A stretch of DNA of 64,000 nucleotides from contig CP120458.1 of NCBI GenBank assembly GCA_034226945.1, positions 682,001 to 746,000 on the forward strand, written 5' to 3'. Origin of the DNA: Picochlorum sp. SENEW3. Its lineage: Eukaryota. The notes under the pieces were generated by a model. It ran no database searches. It worked only from the letters and a program-made list of their open reading frames with translations, and was not told the DNA's origin. Each line of letters starts with the position of its first letter. Within the stretch, counting starts at the first letter, position 1. A program made the translations under genes and the position numbers. This document shows, piece by piece, positions 1 to 11,600 of this stretch.

Positions 1-291
1 CATCATTATGATGTGTCTTATTGTGTGTAGACATATTGATGTGTCTACATGAACATCTGGATGTGTATATAGATGGTGGATTGCAATTGCATGCATATCT
101 CATGTTCTTGGCATTCAGAGACTTGATTGGAGCTCTTTCGTAGGCTGTCTTCCTAGATATTCCCACATAAATATGATGCACAAGAATCCTTTTCAGAGTG
201 ACCTAGGGAGATGTCCTAAGGGGTGCTCAGGATGCCTGTATTAAAAATGATACAAATGTATGTATGTATGTATTTGACGTGAAAGTATGTT

Positions 292-2448
292 CTATTCTCC
301 GCAGACAGATGTCTCCAACGCTGAGTACAAATCAGATCCTTGCCAGTAGTACCAATAGGCGTGAATCATCATTGGGAGATTGGTCATGTTCAAATCTGAA
401 CAAGGGACTTCTCTTGCAAAGTCAAACGCAATCTGCCGCTTTGGGAGTGTATACTGACTATCTCCCACCATTTTGATGATGTAAAAAAGATCCTCTTGAC
501 CTGAAGCTTTGTACTGATCCAAGACTCTCAACATTGCCCTTGGAGATCGCAATGACATTCCTCCATTCCCAACACCTTCAGGAAGCGTCTCTGACAATTT
601 GCCCCATCGCTCATTCTCTCTGTGCCAAGGTGCTCCGATGAAATCATACTTCAGGAACCTCTTTGCATTGCCGTGCAGGAGTAGTCCATCGGTCTGAATC
701 ATCAATATGCGGTCAAAATCACGGAAATACTGCCAAAACGAAATTGAAGTTAACAGCTTATTCAAATATGGGATATCCATATACTTGATAGGTAGTTCAA
801 TCCGCCGCATGCCTCTGATTGATTTCTCAATCGCCAGTACAAAGTCCCTATTCAAAATGCTATGTACAACAGTCACACCCCAGCTAGAATCCAAGTGATA
901 CAGTGCATTTTTCAGCACGTATTCGAGCGCATAATGGTTTCGTGGCTCAATAAATAAAATTTGGTTGCGCGTCATCTGAGTATTAAGGCTGAAACTTCTC
1001 CCGTGTACCAACCCAGCAGTCTTGTAAACAAGATGCCGAAAGGGTTTTGATATGGTACCCCTGTGGATAAGGGTATCTGCCGTGCTCAGGAAAGCATCTT
1101 CTGTAAATTTTTTTGACTTTTCAAGAGCTAAAGAGCTCATGCTATTCCTGGTTAAATGATTGCGGACAAGTTGTACAGTCTTTTGTATTATACAGGGTTG
1201 AGTCTCGCACACAAAGCCATTGATGCCATGATCGACAATCTCCTCCATGGCTCCTCCATGGAACACGACTGGAATGATGCCATAGCCCATAGCGAGAGCA
1301 ACAGAAATCCCAAAATGCTCTTCTGAGGCAGGATCCTTGTGACCTTTCCCTATACCTGTCAGGTGCCACAATATATCTGCTGTATGCAGAAGGTCTTGCA
1401 ACTCCTGATCGCTGTAATCGATGAGGAACCTCACATTTTCAGAGCCTGCCATGTTCCTTAGTCTTTTGGTGTATTCTAGGTCTTCCTTTCTAGCCTTCAT
1501 TTGTGCACCAGCCAGGGTGAGAATTGCAGATTTTGATTTCAATATACCAATTATTTTTTCAAACATTCGAATTGCCACTTCATGGCCTTTGCTCTGTCTC
1601 CCTTCGAAGAATCTTCCGAGTAAAATGATGTGAACCTTTCTAGGGGCTCGAGTGCCCCTTGGGATGGCTCTTCGCAATGGCACTGGTGGATACAAGACAG
1701 TAATCTCTGGTAATCTACTCGAATAGAGCGAGATATTTAGACCCCTTGCCAGATATTCATTGTACCAACCAAACGTAAATTGACTATTAAGTAACACATA
1801 ATCATACGTGAGCAGGTTTCTAATTTCATACTCCTGGCTCAATTTGTCCAGGTCAAAAGGAAACTGGCACATGTAAAAGTTGACATAACCAATACCTGCA
1901 ACTTGCGGCATCTTTTCATTTCCCATGGACAAAAACACATCATATTTGCTCTGGGAGTCCTTGATGAATCCGAAATCTCTATGAACAACGAAAACGCTCA
2001 TAGGCTTTACATCTATGCCCATTTGTTCTGACAGGTGACTAAGAGCAACTCCAGTTGTAACAGGATTGCCTTCCTCTACGAGGAAATGAACCTGAAGGCC
2101 ACGTTCCTGTAATGCTCTTGCAAATGTGAGCAAGTACCTCTCTCCGCCTCCGGGAAGTAGTGGATACGGTGTGAATATTGCCCCAATCCCGCTCTTCTCG
2201 ATTTCTTTCCATTCCAATGGTGCAAACGAGCATGCATGTGAGAGAACACTGCTACGGTCAGGATGAAAGCCCAAGTCATCGGTATCTTTGAGAGTATACT
2301 TCAACACCAAGGCAATGAAGACGACCACCGCAACAAAGAGAGATACATGGTGTCGACTGATATTCCAACTTTTGGATATCTTATAAGGCAACGACCCGGG
2401 CTTTTTAAAGGATTTTAACCGTATGCCATTGTATCTATAAATCTGCAT
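292..2448 (-). CDS. Type II membrane glycosyltransferase: GT4/GT-B domain fused to a C-terminal DUF5672-like domain (718 aa)
   Basis: N-terminal hydrophobic anchor (SLFVAVVVFIALVL); PGGGERY and EHFGISVALAMGYGIIPVV GT4-type motifs; C-terminal QTDGLL..YDFIGAPW..VGNGGMSLR typical of DUF5672; one uninterrupted ORF. Confidence 0.85.
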   Translation of the reverse strand: MQIYRYNGIRLKSFKKPGSLPYKISKSWNISRHHVSLFVAVVVFIALVLKYTLKDTDDLGFHPDRSSVLSHACSFAPLEWKEIEKSGIGAIFTPYPLLPGGGERYLLTFARALQERGLQVHFLVEEGNPVTTGVALSHLSEQMGIDVKPMSVFVVHRDFGFIKDSQSKYDVFLSMGNEKMPQVAGIGYVNFYMCQFPFDLDKLSQEYEIRNLLTYDYVLLNSQFTFGWYNEYLARGLNISLYSSRLPEITVLYPPVPLRRAIPRGTRAPRKVHIILLGRFFEGRQSKGHEVAIRMFEKIIGILKSKSAILTLAGAQMKARKEDLEYTKRLRNMAGSENVRFLIDYSDQELQDLLHTADILWHLTGIGKGHKDPASEEHFGISVALAMGYGIIPVVFHGGAMEEIVDHGINGFVCETQPCIIQKTVQLVRNHLTRNSMSSLALEKSKKFTEDAFLSTADTLIHRGTISKPFRHLVYKTAGLVHGRSFSLNTQMTRNQILFIEPRNHYALEYVLKNALYHLDSSWGVTVVHSILNRDFVLAIEKSIRGMRRIELPIKYMDIPYLNKLLTSISFWQYFRDFDRILMIQTDGLLLHGNAKRFLKYDFIGAPWHRENERWGKLSETLPEGVGNGGMSLRSPRAMLRVLDQYKASGQEDLFYIIKMVGDSQYTLPKRQIAFDFAREVPCSDLNMTNLPMMIHAYWYYWQGSDLYSALETSVCGE

Positions 2449-2465
2449 TAGGCCGCTTTTACATA

Positions 2466-2478
2466 CAGTAAAAATTTT
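2466..2478 (+). repeat. Tc1/pogo-type terminal inverted repeat (left), flanked by TA
   Basis: TA|CAGTAAAAATTTT; an inverted copy AAAATTTTTACTG|TA ends at 40371 and a near-identical end lies at 26244 next to the pogo transposase. Confidence 0.65.
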
Positions 2479-2534
2479 TTTAATGGCGGCAAATTGAGGC
2501 CATCCGTCGAAATTCCCAAAGTACCACTTGCTGC

Positions 2535-2585
2535 TAGAGTTGGGATTTCACGCTATCGCCCATCCACGCTATCACGCTATGCTAC
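2535..2585 (+). mobile_element. Left end of a hAT-like or non-autonomous DNA transposon
   Basis: Starts TAGAGTTGGG followed by repeated CACGCTAT(CG) subterminal motifs; the inverse end CCCAACTCTA with the same motifs is at 40300-40309. Confidence 0.5.
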
Positions 2586-5500
2586 CACTTACAGAAAGGA
2601 TGGTGGCCTCCTTAAATCCCAAAATTCTCTGAGGGGCGTATTTTATTATTTCAATGACGCCATCGAAAAGAGGGTAAGAAAATATGTCTATTGAAACAAA
2701 AATGAGGAAATTTGGCGCGATATTCGAAAAGTTATGGGGCCCTGTGTAAAATGGCTTGTGTGAAAATTTTGAGAAGTCAGGTCGACCGCCCGTGGTACTA
2801 ATTAAGGAACTTCTGGTGTCGATCACAAGGCACCCAGATCTCCCACAATAGCCTCGATTCACTGCTGTTACTTGGAAATTATTTATACTTTACACGTTTA
2901 TTGTCATTCGATATCGACACTGTCCGCTGCTGCGAAGGTGGAACCTCGGGTTGGGAAGAAGGCAAGCATTTTGTCCATTTCTTTCTTGTGGCCGTCCTCC
3001 ACAAGCTTGTAGTGGGGCCATTCTCCCTCCCAACCATCTTTTGACATTTGAAAACTAGAAACTTGGCAGACGATATCGTCGATCGGCACGCTGAACACAC
3101 GTTCGTCATGCCTCCACGGCCTCTCTCCTGTGAACTCCTTCACCATGTACACAGTGGTTCCATGGTAATCCATCTTTTCCGTCTCATATATCCCGCAAAT
3201 CGCGTATCGTTCCACTTCATCTGGCTTCCGGGGACTGAATACGCGGACAAATTCATACACCACCCCAACGTGGTGAGCCTCAGAATCCTTGTCCCTCAGC
3301 AAGACAAAGTGTGACCGCCTCTTTGTATCACGCCTGTCATAGAATGTTTTCACACAACAGCCTTTGCCATCTACCAAGACGTTGCAAGAAAAATGACTGT
3401 ACAATTTGATATCTCTCTGCGGCTCCCTCGGTCTCTCGTTCTGGTGCTTTGTGTGAAACTCTCTGATGAGGTTCAACTTCTTCTTCTCGATGGACTCCCT
3501 CAGCTTATCCCTCTGCTGCTTCGATGCATCTCTAGCTTCGATGCATTTCGTCGTACTCCGCTCTACTCCTTTCCCTTGAAGAGCATACGTGGTGCTTGGA
3601 TGGGCGTCGTACATGGTGCCCGCAGCCTTTCGGTGTTGCTTCGGGGCATACACTGGGATGGCACTCTGGTCGGCTGACCCAAGCTTGTGCTTGGCTTTCT
3701 CCAATGCCGATCTGATAAGATACCGTTTTGCTAATGTTGCCTCGGGCGTATTGATACAACTCGTCGAGGAGACGGCCCGCATAGCCCGTTCGACCCACAG
3801 CTCTGACAACTGGTGCAGTGGGCCCAGGAAGGCCTCCTGGTGATGCAGGAGGCAGTTGGCTGTATGGAGGTTGGGCGTCAGCAATTCGTATGCCTTCTCT
3901 TCCTGACATATCCTTGAGAACTGGTGTAGATGCCAGAGGGCTCGAGATGGCTCGAGCCGGGCGGCTTCAGCGTGGCTCAGGTGATGCATGACAAACTGCC
4001 TCAAATGTGACCAAGCTTCCATGCCCTTGGGTGTGAGCACAGAAACACCCGTCACCTCCTCGTTGAAGAGGGCACATGAATGTACTTCTACGAAAACTTT
4101 GACTTCCTCGCAAATCCAAGAGTAGCAGTGCTCTAATGACGAGTATGGACGATTGAACGAGTTGTTCAGAGTAATTCCTCTCTCCAATTTCTTGACGGTC
4201 TTCTTGCTGTAGACTCTCATACTCCTGCTATCGGGATCACTGGTTTTCTTGTTGCCGTGGCCATCCCACAAGTATTTGATAAAGTTCTTCGTTATGCCTA
4301 AGAGAATCAGATGGTATAGAGGAGCTGGGATCCCGTGCTTGACGTGCAACGTAGGCACGGCATGAAACACTTTTGCATAGTCGTGAATCCCAAGCCGATC
4401 CTGCCATTCTTGCGTGCTCGATCCGTCGTATATGCCATGGGGCATCACAGTTTTCATAATATTCAATATATCTTCTAGGTCATCGTGCCCAATCACGGAC
4501 TGCTGCTGAATTGCATCATCGTCACAGCGGGACAACTGGAACTCTTCGTTGGTGATTCCATTGATATGTGTGACAGGATCCTCCTCCTCGTAGCCTGTGA
4601 GTAGCCTTCTCTTGTACGATTTGCCGTTTTTGCTGGTTATGGCTTCTGAGGCCCGCTGCCAGCAAAAGTAGCACCCTTTGATGGCGTTCCCCGGAGCGCA
4701 CATGTGGATCTTTTCTCTGGCCTTGGCATCTGCATGAATGAATCCCAGTATGGGTCGATGAACTCCAGAATGTCTCACCACATCACCATCTTCGTCCACT
4801 TCATCATATTGATATTCCATGGGAGATGAGCGGAGGCGCTCAAACTCTTCACCAATAAAACATAAGAAGGGGTTGAGGTTTTGGGGTTCTTTTGGGCCTG
4901 GGATAATTCCCAATAATCTGGTGTTGCAGCTGAGATATCGGCCTTCAGGGTCCATATCTTCACACTTTAATACAATCAGAGTACAAGAATGTGCTTTCCT
5001 TCCAAAAGGCTGGGATCCATCCACGCCGATCGACCAGATACTAGTCGTGTCGTCCCCTGCTGTGCTTTCCCTCTCCTTGATCCATTTGAACCACTCGGAT
5101 GTGTACACCGTGTTTCCTGCGCGACCACTTTCGATGCTTTTGTTTCTTGATTCTCGAAATTTGCGCGAAGCGAACAGACTCTGCATACAGTCTTGCACCC
5201 CAAAGTAATAAAAGTGCTGCATGGGTCTTGGGCTCCCACCCCTGTCTGCCGTGAACCTCTTCCTACCACACCCTGCTCCACATTCTTCACCCATGTCCCT
5301 ATCTTTGAACGGGACGACGTTGCCGTAGATGTATCCGCAGGGACACTTATGGTATTCGACAGTCTGAAGGTCTGGAACATCCATGGCCTTCCTCAGAAGG
5401 TGGATGGATGGTGGAATGATCATCCTGTCACGGTTGCTCCTCCCCATCCGAACTACGCTCAAGATATCCTGCATGAGCTCTTTTGATACAGCATGCTTTA

Positions 5501-6418
5501 GTTCTATTTCGAGGAGCGCAGATGTGAGCTGAAGCAAAGTGCAGGGTGCCTCATCTTCCTCGTCTTCATCTTCTTGTGGCTGATCCAGCCCATCGCCACA
5601 TTCCTTACCCAACACTGCCATTAGAAAGGTTTGGAAATGCGACCCCTGAGTGCACCGAAAGCGTTCACCAGGTCCATTCTCGCCATTTGGCTCATGCTCA
5701 TCACTCGAAGCGTCGCTGTCCTCAAGGTCCTGCAGGAAGATAGCTTTCACTCTTCAGAACAAACAAGAACCAGAATCAGGAAGCATGACATTTGTCTCCT
5801 CACCTCGGTGCACACGCTGCCCTCATCGGATGATTCCACTGCTTCATCAAAATCTTCACAGGAGTGAATTGGTAGAGTTTCGTCTCGGTCATAAGGGAGG
5901 AGAGTAGTGGACACTTGTCGATCGAGTTGGATTGTGGCAGCACCATCTTCAAGACTCCTTGGGTGGCACTCATCCGTCACCGCCACATCGAACTTCAAGG
6001 CAATCTCTGGATGCTTATTCCGTATGTGCTGGAGCAATTTCCGTCGATCTAGGTCTCCCGGCTGATTGAGGCACATCCTCTCATAGATGTGAGGCTTCCC
6101 ATGATAGCCACAAGACTTCCCATACGGGCACTGCACTCGGCACCACACCTGCCTAGATTCTCGATCGAATCGAATCATGGATGGTCGACATTCACGCTCC
6201 AGATGAATGCATGACTGATGAAAGTCGGTCCACAGTTTGGCTACCTTTTTTGTTCCAGTTCTCCTCCTCTTTGACCTTCTCCCTCCCTGGGAGGTACTGT
6301 GCTCCGTATCACGATTCATTGGAGATTGAACCAAAAAAACATTATTTTATTGTACACGAGCCGTGATGATATGTTGGCAAATGGATAGGAGTCGCTCTCG
6401 CACGATGGTTTGCAGATG
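2586..6418 (-). mobile_element. CACTA/EnSpm DNA transposon copy 1, truncated (one TIR only)
   Basis: Begins CACTTACAGAAAGGATGG; colinear and nearly identical to 43148-46979; homology stops at about 6418 where Gypsy pol sequence begins. Confidence 0.92.
2904..6319 (-). CDS. CACTA (Transposase_21/TnpD-like) transposase, two exons (6319-5804, 5729-2904), about 1113 aa
   Basis: GVDGSQPF..LLGIIPGPKEP..L.PFL..EEF..L, ADAKAR...GCYFC and LYHLILLG motifs. Predicted phase-0 intron 5730-5803 (GAG|GTGAGG...CTGCAG|GAC) joins the 195-aa and 948-aa ORFs; exon 1 has a Cys/His zinc-finger-like pattern. Confidence 0.88.
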
Positions 6419-8251
6419 AGCCGTGCTGATGCAAAAGCACGAGGATGTGTATCATCCCGTTGCCTTCTTCTCGAGGAAATTGAAGCCTGCTGAGCAGAAC
6501 TATCCCGTGCATGACCGAGAGTTCTTGGCACTTGTGGCAGCCTTGCTCCACTGGAAGCATTATTTGTACATGGAATCTCCGGTGATTTACACTGATCATA
6601 GACCTTTGGTTCACCTGAGAAAGCAGAAAGATTTGAACCCTCGACAGATTCGATGGATGGAGAAGATAGCAGCATTCAATGCAGACATACGGTATGTTCA
6701 AGGCCGGGCAAATGTCCTTGCCGACTTGCTCAGCCGCCTCCTGTGCGCCTCTTTGTTGCATCGGAGTTGCAACATGATGCCCCCAGGGTGGAGGAAATCA
6801 AGCGAATGTACGAAAAGGACAAATTCATTGGCTCGCTGAAGAAACATCTTCACAGCAAATTGGCAGTACCAGCGGTGTTTAACGCGCTCAAGGTGGAAAA
6901 AGTAGTGGAAAAGGATGGACTATTGTACTATGAACATCCTGAGAAATCTCGCCTGAGGCTCATTGTCCCTGACGACAAGAGCTTGAAGTGGGACTTGTGC
7001 AAACATCACCACGATGCGGTGTGTGCTGCCCATCCAGGCCGAGACAAAATGTATCAGCAGATGAAGCGATATTACTACTGGCCAGATATGTTCTCGGATA
7101 TTGCAGACTATGTGCGCCAATGTCGCGTGTGCCAAGTGGTGAAAGACCAGAGCAAAAGACACCAAGGATTGCTCAAGCCGTTACCAGTGCCTCGTGGGCC
7201 TTGGGAGGACATCAGCATGGACTTCATCGTGGAGCTTCCAAGCACTGCGAGGAAAAATACGGTGGCTCTGGTGTTTGTGGACAGATTCACAAAGATGATG
7301 CATGTGGCACCGACGTCCACTCCTTGTGACGCCGAAAAGACGGCCCGACTGTTCATTCACCATGTGTTCAGATACCACGGTATGCCAAAGCGAATCGTGT
7401 CAGACCGAGACTCGCGATTCCTGAGTGCCTTTTGGCAAGAACTAATGAGTCGATTGGGATGTCAGACACTCATGTCCACTGCATATCATCCCCAGACAGA
7501 TGGTCAGACCGAACGTTCCAACAGGATTCTGGAAGAAATGATTCGATGCTATTGCGACGAATTCACGAATACTTGGGATGAAGAGCTGAATGTCCTGGAG
7601 TTTGCGTACAATAATTCGTATCAGAGCAGTATCAAGAGTACGCCGTTTTATGTGAATCAGGGCAGACACCCTGCCTTGCCCACCACTATCGCTCTTGGGC
7701 TGGAGAATGACACTACTGCAACAAATGCCAGCCAACTCATACAGAATATGGCATCTGCCAGGTATGCTGCAAAACATTATATGGAAGTTGCTCAAGCAAG
7801 ACAAGCCAAGTACGCCAATACGAAGAGAAAATCTCTGCCCCTCAAGGTTGGAGATGAAGTGCTTTTGGCTACGAACAGGCTCAAGATGAATGGAGAGAGT
7901 TTCAAGAAGTTACAACCGCGTTGGATAGGACCTTTTGTGGTAACAAAAGTGATTAACAGTAATGCAGTCAGGATAAACTCTGACCAGATGGGTCACAAAT
8001 TCCACCCGGTCATCAACGTGGAACGGCTCAAACCATATCATTCAGGAATGGACGTACAGAAACTCGACGACGAGTTGTCTCAACAAATGTCAGAAATTGC
8101 TGTTGAGCATATAAACGAAGAAGAAGAAAAAGAAGGAAATATGCCTGAGGCGAGTATGGACGCACAGTCCAAAGACTCTCAGCAGCCTGACCAGCTCATA
8201 TCACCAGAAGAGGACGAAGATGACCTCGTGATCGAGCTGGATGATTATTAG
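6419..8251 (+). pseudogene. pol: Gypsy pol fragment (RNase H + integrase), 5'-truncated and frameshifted
   Basis: ORFs 6423-6839 and 6653-8251 overlap in different frames; no RT or gag upstream. Confidence 0.9.
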
Positions 8252-8395
8252 ATAGATTGTTTGATGTGGGAAGGTTTTCAAGGGGAGATACAACCCTTGG
8301 CTGAGTTGAAGAAACTACCTCAGCACCTGCAATGGTTTTTCCCTTCCAGCCACATGACAACTGAGGACAGTTGGTCCAAACTTAGCGGGAAGGAC

Positions 8396-8688
8396 TGTAA
8401 CAGTACGAGGGTTGTACTGTTATGGCGCACCCGTGGAGGAGTGTTCTAGAACCTTCTAGAACCCATGACGTGACAGTGTTCATGAAATGTATAAATACCA
8501 TGCTCCAGCCCTAGGCTGGAGGACTTCAAATATAACTATTTCTTACAGTGTAACGTCGGACCAATGGAGCAACTAGTATCATTATATGGGCCCCGCATGA
8601 TATATTTGGGACGCTTACTCATTGTGTTGCAATGAGTACTCCCACGACGACGACACTTTTGAACAGGGAACACCTCGCCCCTGTTACA
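8396..8688 (+). repeat. 3' LTR (293 bp)
   Basis: TGTAACAG...CTGTTACA inverted termini, preceded by purine tract AGCGGGAAGGAC; TATAAATA at 8490-8497. Confidence 0.9.
8443..8462 (+). promoter_or_regulatory. Perfect four-unit heat-shock element in LTR U3
   Basis: gTTCtaGAAccTTCtaGAAc, alternating nGAAn pentamers, about 30 bp upstream of the TATA box. Confidence 0.7.
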
Positions 8689-11600
8689 AAGACACTGAGG
8701 ATTTTCTGGAATATGTGGGTGCTGCGGGAATTTCAGCCACATTTCGGAAAAATCGTCAATGACGGGTCCTGGATGTTCTTTGAACATGAAGACAAACAGT
8801 TCCCGGTGACTGTACAGTATGAAACTCAGACACAGACGCAACAAGCCATCTTACGGGTGTCCCAACTCGACACCGGAGCTGCTTCAACAGTTCTTGGGAA
8901 GTATCATGCAACACTTGGCAAACAAAGGTAACATCTCGAAAGAAGCGGAGATAATGACATGCGCACCTCGCAGCCATACGAGGAACGCCGGAGAAATGCC
9001 AGAATACCTCCATGCAACAGAATGGCTCATCACCTACAAGGACAACAGGCCAGGACAGAATGGCACCATCCCAGTGGGCCCAACAGGACCTGCACTGGAG
9101 TGGCAGGTACTCAGACCCCGCCGCCCACATGTCTCATTGGACACAGTACCAACCCTGGCCAACTACCCAGTGAGAGAAGTACAGTATGCCGCCATGGTGG
9201 AGAACAACGAAATCCAAACCGACGATTTCGTGAACATCACAAGCGAGGAATTCGCAGCCCAAGTAAACCAGACACAAGAAGCACACACAGAAACACAGGA
9301 CACATCAGCACCCCAGCCAGCACAACAGATGGAGGAGGACCAACAGGAGGCACCCAACACCGAAGAACACGACAACCTTGTCGACCCACAGCACACCGCC
9401 GCCAACCAACAGGATGGAACGAATGAAGCTATGACACAGAGGGAAGAGGGACCAAGGGAAGCCGGCAACACAGAGGACTCAGAGGATGTGGTGTCTGCAG
9501 AGACACGCACTGTGGCGAGCAACACAGCGACGTCAGGCCTGGACAACTCTGAAGAAGCACACAACAATCTGCAGGACCTGATAGGGGAGGAGAGCCAGAG
9601 GAGGATCACAAGAGCCTCGACCAAAAAGAGGGAGCAGCAAGGCTCACCAAAAAAGAAGCTAGCCACAGGCCCCTCACCAACGGCATCGCCTCAGAAGAAG
9701 GCGCATGCCATCCGCAAGTAAATCATTATCCATGATGATGAACGGCTTGAACTTCATGACATTCAACGTAAGAGGCTTGACCCCAAACAAATACAGTGCC
9801 ATGATGAAGCTGTTAGAAGATCACAGGATTGATATTGCCCTGATACAGGAAACCCATCTCAAAGGAAACACAGACGAACACAACTTTACAGACCTACTCG
9901 ATAGAAACACACAAGCAGAATGGAAAACATTTTGGCACAATGATCGCCAACACGGCAGAGCTCGAGGTACAGCAATTTGGATCCGAACCTATCGGCAAGG
10001 CAGAGCACCAATTCACCTCCACCCCAGCACAGTGACAAGGAAAGGCATGGGCCGCATGATCAGTCTTTCACTGGACTGGTCGGGAGATAAACTAAGAATA
10101 GGAAATGTGTATATGCCTACCACCTCCACCTCCAACCACTGGACGATCAGCACGGCTCTGATCAACCACATCAAGAAAGATACACAGAGAACACAGGGAA
10201 TCATTTATGCTGGAGACTGGAATTTTGTTGAAGACCAGACACTGGATACCACCTCCACAAAGAGAATCAACAACAAACAAGAACAATACCTCATCAGGTA
10301 CTGGAAAGAAACTGTAGGGAACTCGATCACAGAATGCCAACAGGAGACACTGAGACAGAACCACATGTACACCCAACACCATGGAACCATGGAAGGAACT
10401 ATTCATAGCCGCCTGGACCGCTTCTATGCCTCGTCAGACATGACCAGATATATCACACAACCTATCAAAACGATAGAGATCCACAGCTACGGAATAGTAT
10501 CAGACCATAAGCCAGTCATCATGAGCATCATCGGAAATTGCCCCATAAAGATGCTGCACCCGTGCAGAAAGAATACATGAAAAGGATTAAAACCGCAGCA
10601 AAATGCCACCCACTTGCAATGAAGGAGGCGAGGAACGCATTCGAGGCTTTCCTCTCCTCATTCCAGGGTGGTGTTTGGCTCTCGGAGGAAACCCAAGGGT
10701 CTCTGCCGGACACTGACAGACATCGGATGATACTCGAGCAGTATCCACATATTAAACGCCAACTGGGGAAAATATGGAACCAGGCCTCGAACCAAGCAAT
10801 TGAAGCACTGAAGCTGGCTTTACATCAAGCCGAGGAACAGGGCATTGACCGACACATCAAAGATTGCAAACGACAGCTGCAGCAAGGGCAACAGGCAAAT
10901 CGATCGGATTCACACACGTGTATTCCAAATGACGCAATGGATAAACTCTCTTATCAGCTGCTGATGAGACCCAAGGGGAGCAACTGCATTGGAAGCTTGA
11001 CTGACCCAAAGTCACGGTATACTTATACCAGTCCCAAAGGCATCGCAAATTGCCTTGCCAACACGATTGCAGAGGTATCAAAGCCTCCGCAAACAAATCA
11101 GGAAGCCCAGCAGGAACTGATCGATTTGATTGCGGAGGAAGATCGCACTGTCTTCCCGACCTTTTGTAACCCCTCAGAGACAATCAGCTCACAGGAAGTC
11201 GCCAAAGCCATCAGGAAAATCCGCAACTCCTGTCCTGGAGATGATGGGTTGCAGATTATCCACTACAGAAAGTTTAGCAAATGGATGTGTCCGATCTTGG
11301 CCACACTATTTTCCGCCATCATCGCAAGGAACGAGATGCCAGCCAAATTTCATCATGGCACGATCAGAGCCATTGAAAAGGGAGGAACCCTGACAGATCC
11401 CACCAATTATAGACCCATCACCCTACTCAATGTGGACTACAGAATCTTCGGGTTTATCCTGAAGGAGAGAATGACTTTGAGCCTCCAGAACTTGATTCCA
11501 GCAACGCAGACAGCCTTCCTGCCTGGAAGACAGTCAGCAGAAAACATATGGGCAGTACAGACCATCCCCCTACTCCTACACAGAGACAACAGAGAAGCAT

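Larger units (their letters stand above)
6419..8688 (+). mobile_element. Ty3/Gypsy LTR retrotransposon, 3' part (end of RNase H, integrase, PPT, 3' LTR)
   Basis: AVLMQ..PVAFFSRKL..NY...DRE RNase H; HHCC zinc finger (HD..AHPG..CRVCQ); SMDF/VSDRD/GQTER DDE core; WIGPF and HPVINVERLKPY module; frameshift near 6740. Confidence 0.95.

Noticed and set aside
1..275. GATGTGT-rich degenerate repeats and a (TGTA)n tract
   Set aside because: Low-complexity sequence at the window edge with no definable unit or termini.
3048..5907. Numerous short antisense or alternate-frame ORFs in the track (here and across the TE copies)
   Set aside because: They overlap well-supported TE genes and recur only because the elements are duplicated.
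10528..10580. Programmed frameshift between LINE-A endonuclease and RT
   Set aside because: Copy 4 (50995-52290) reads through in one frame with an extra G, so this is an indel.
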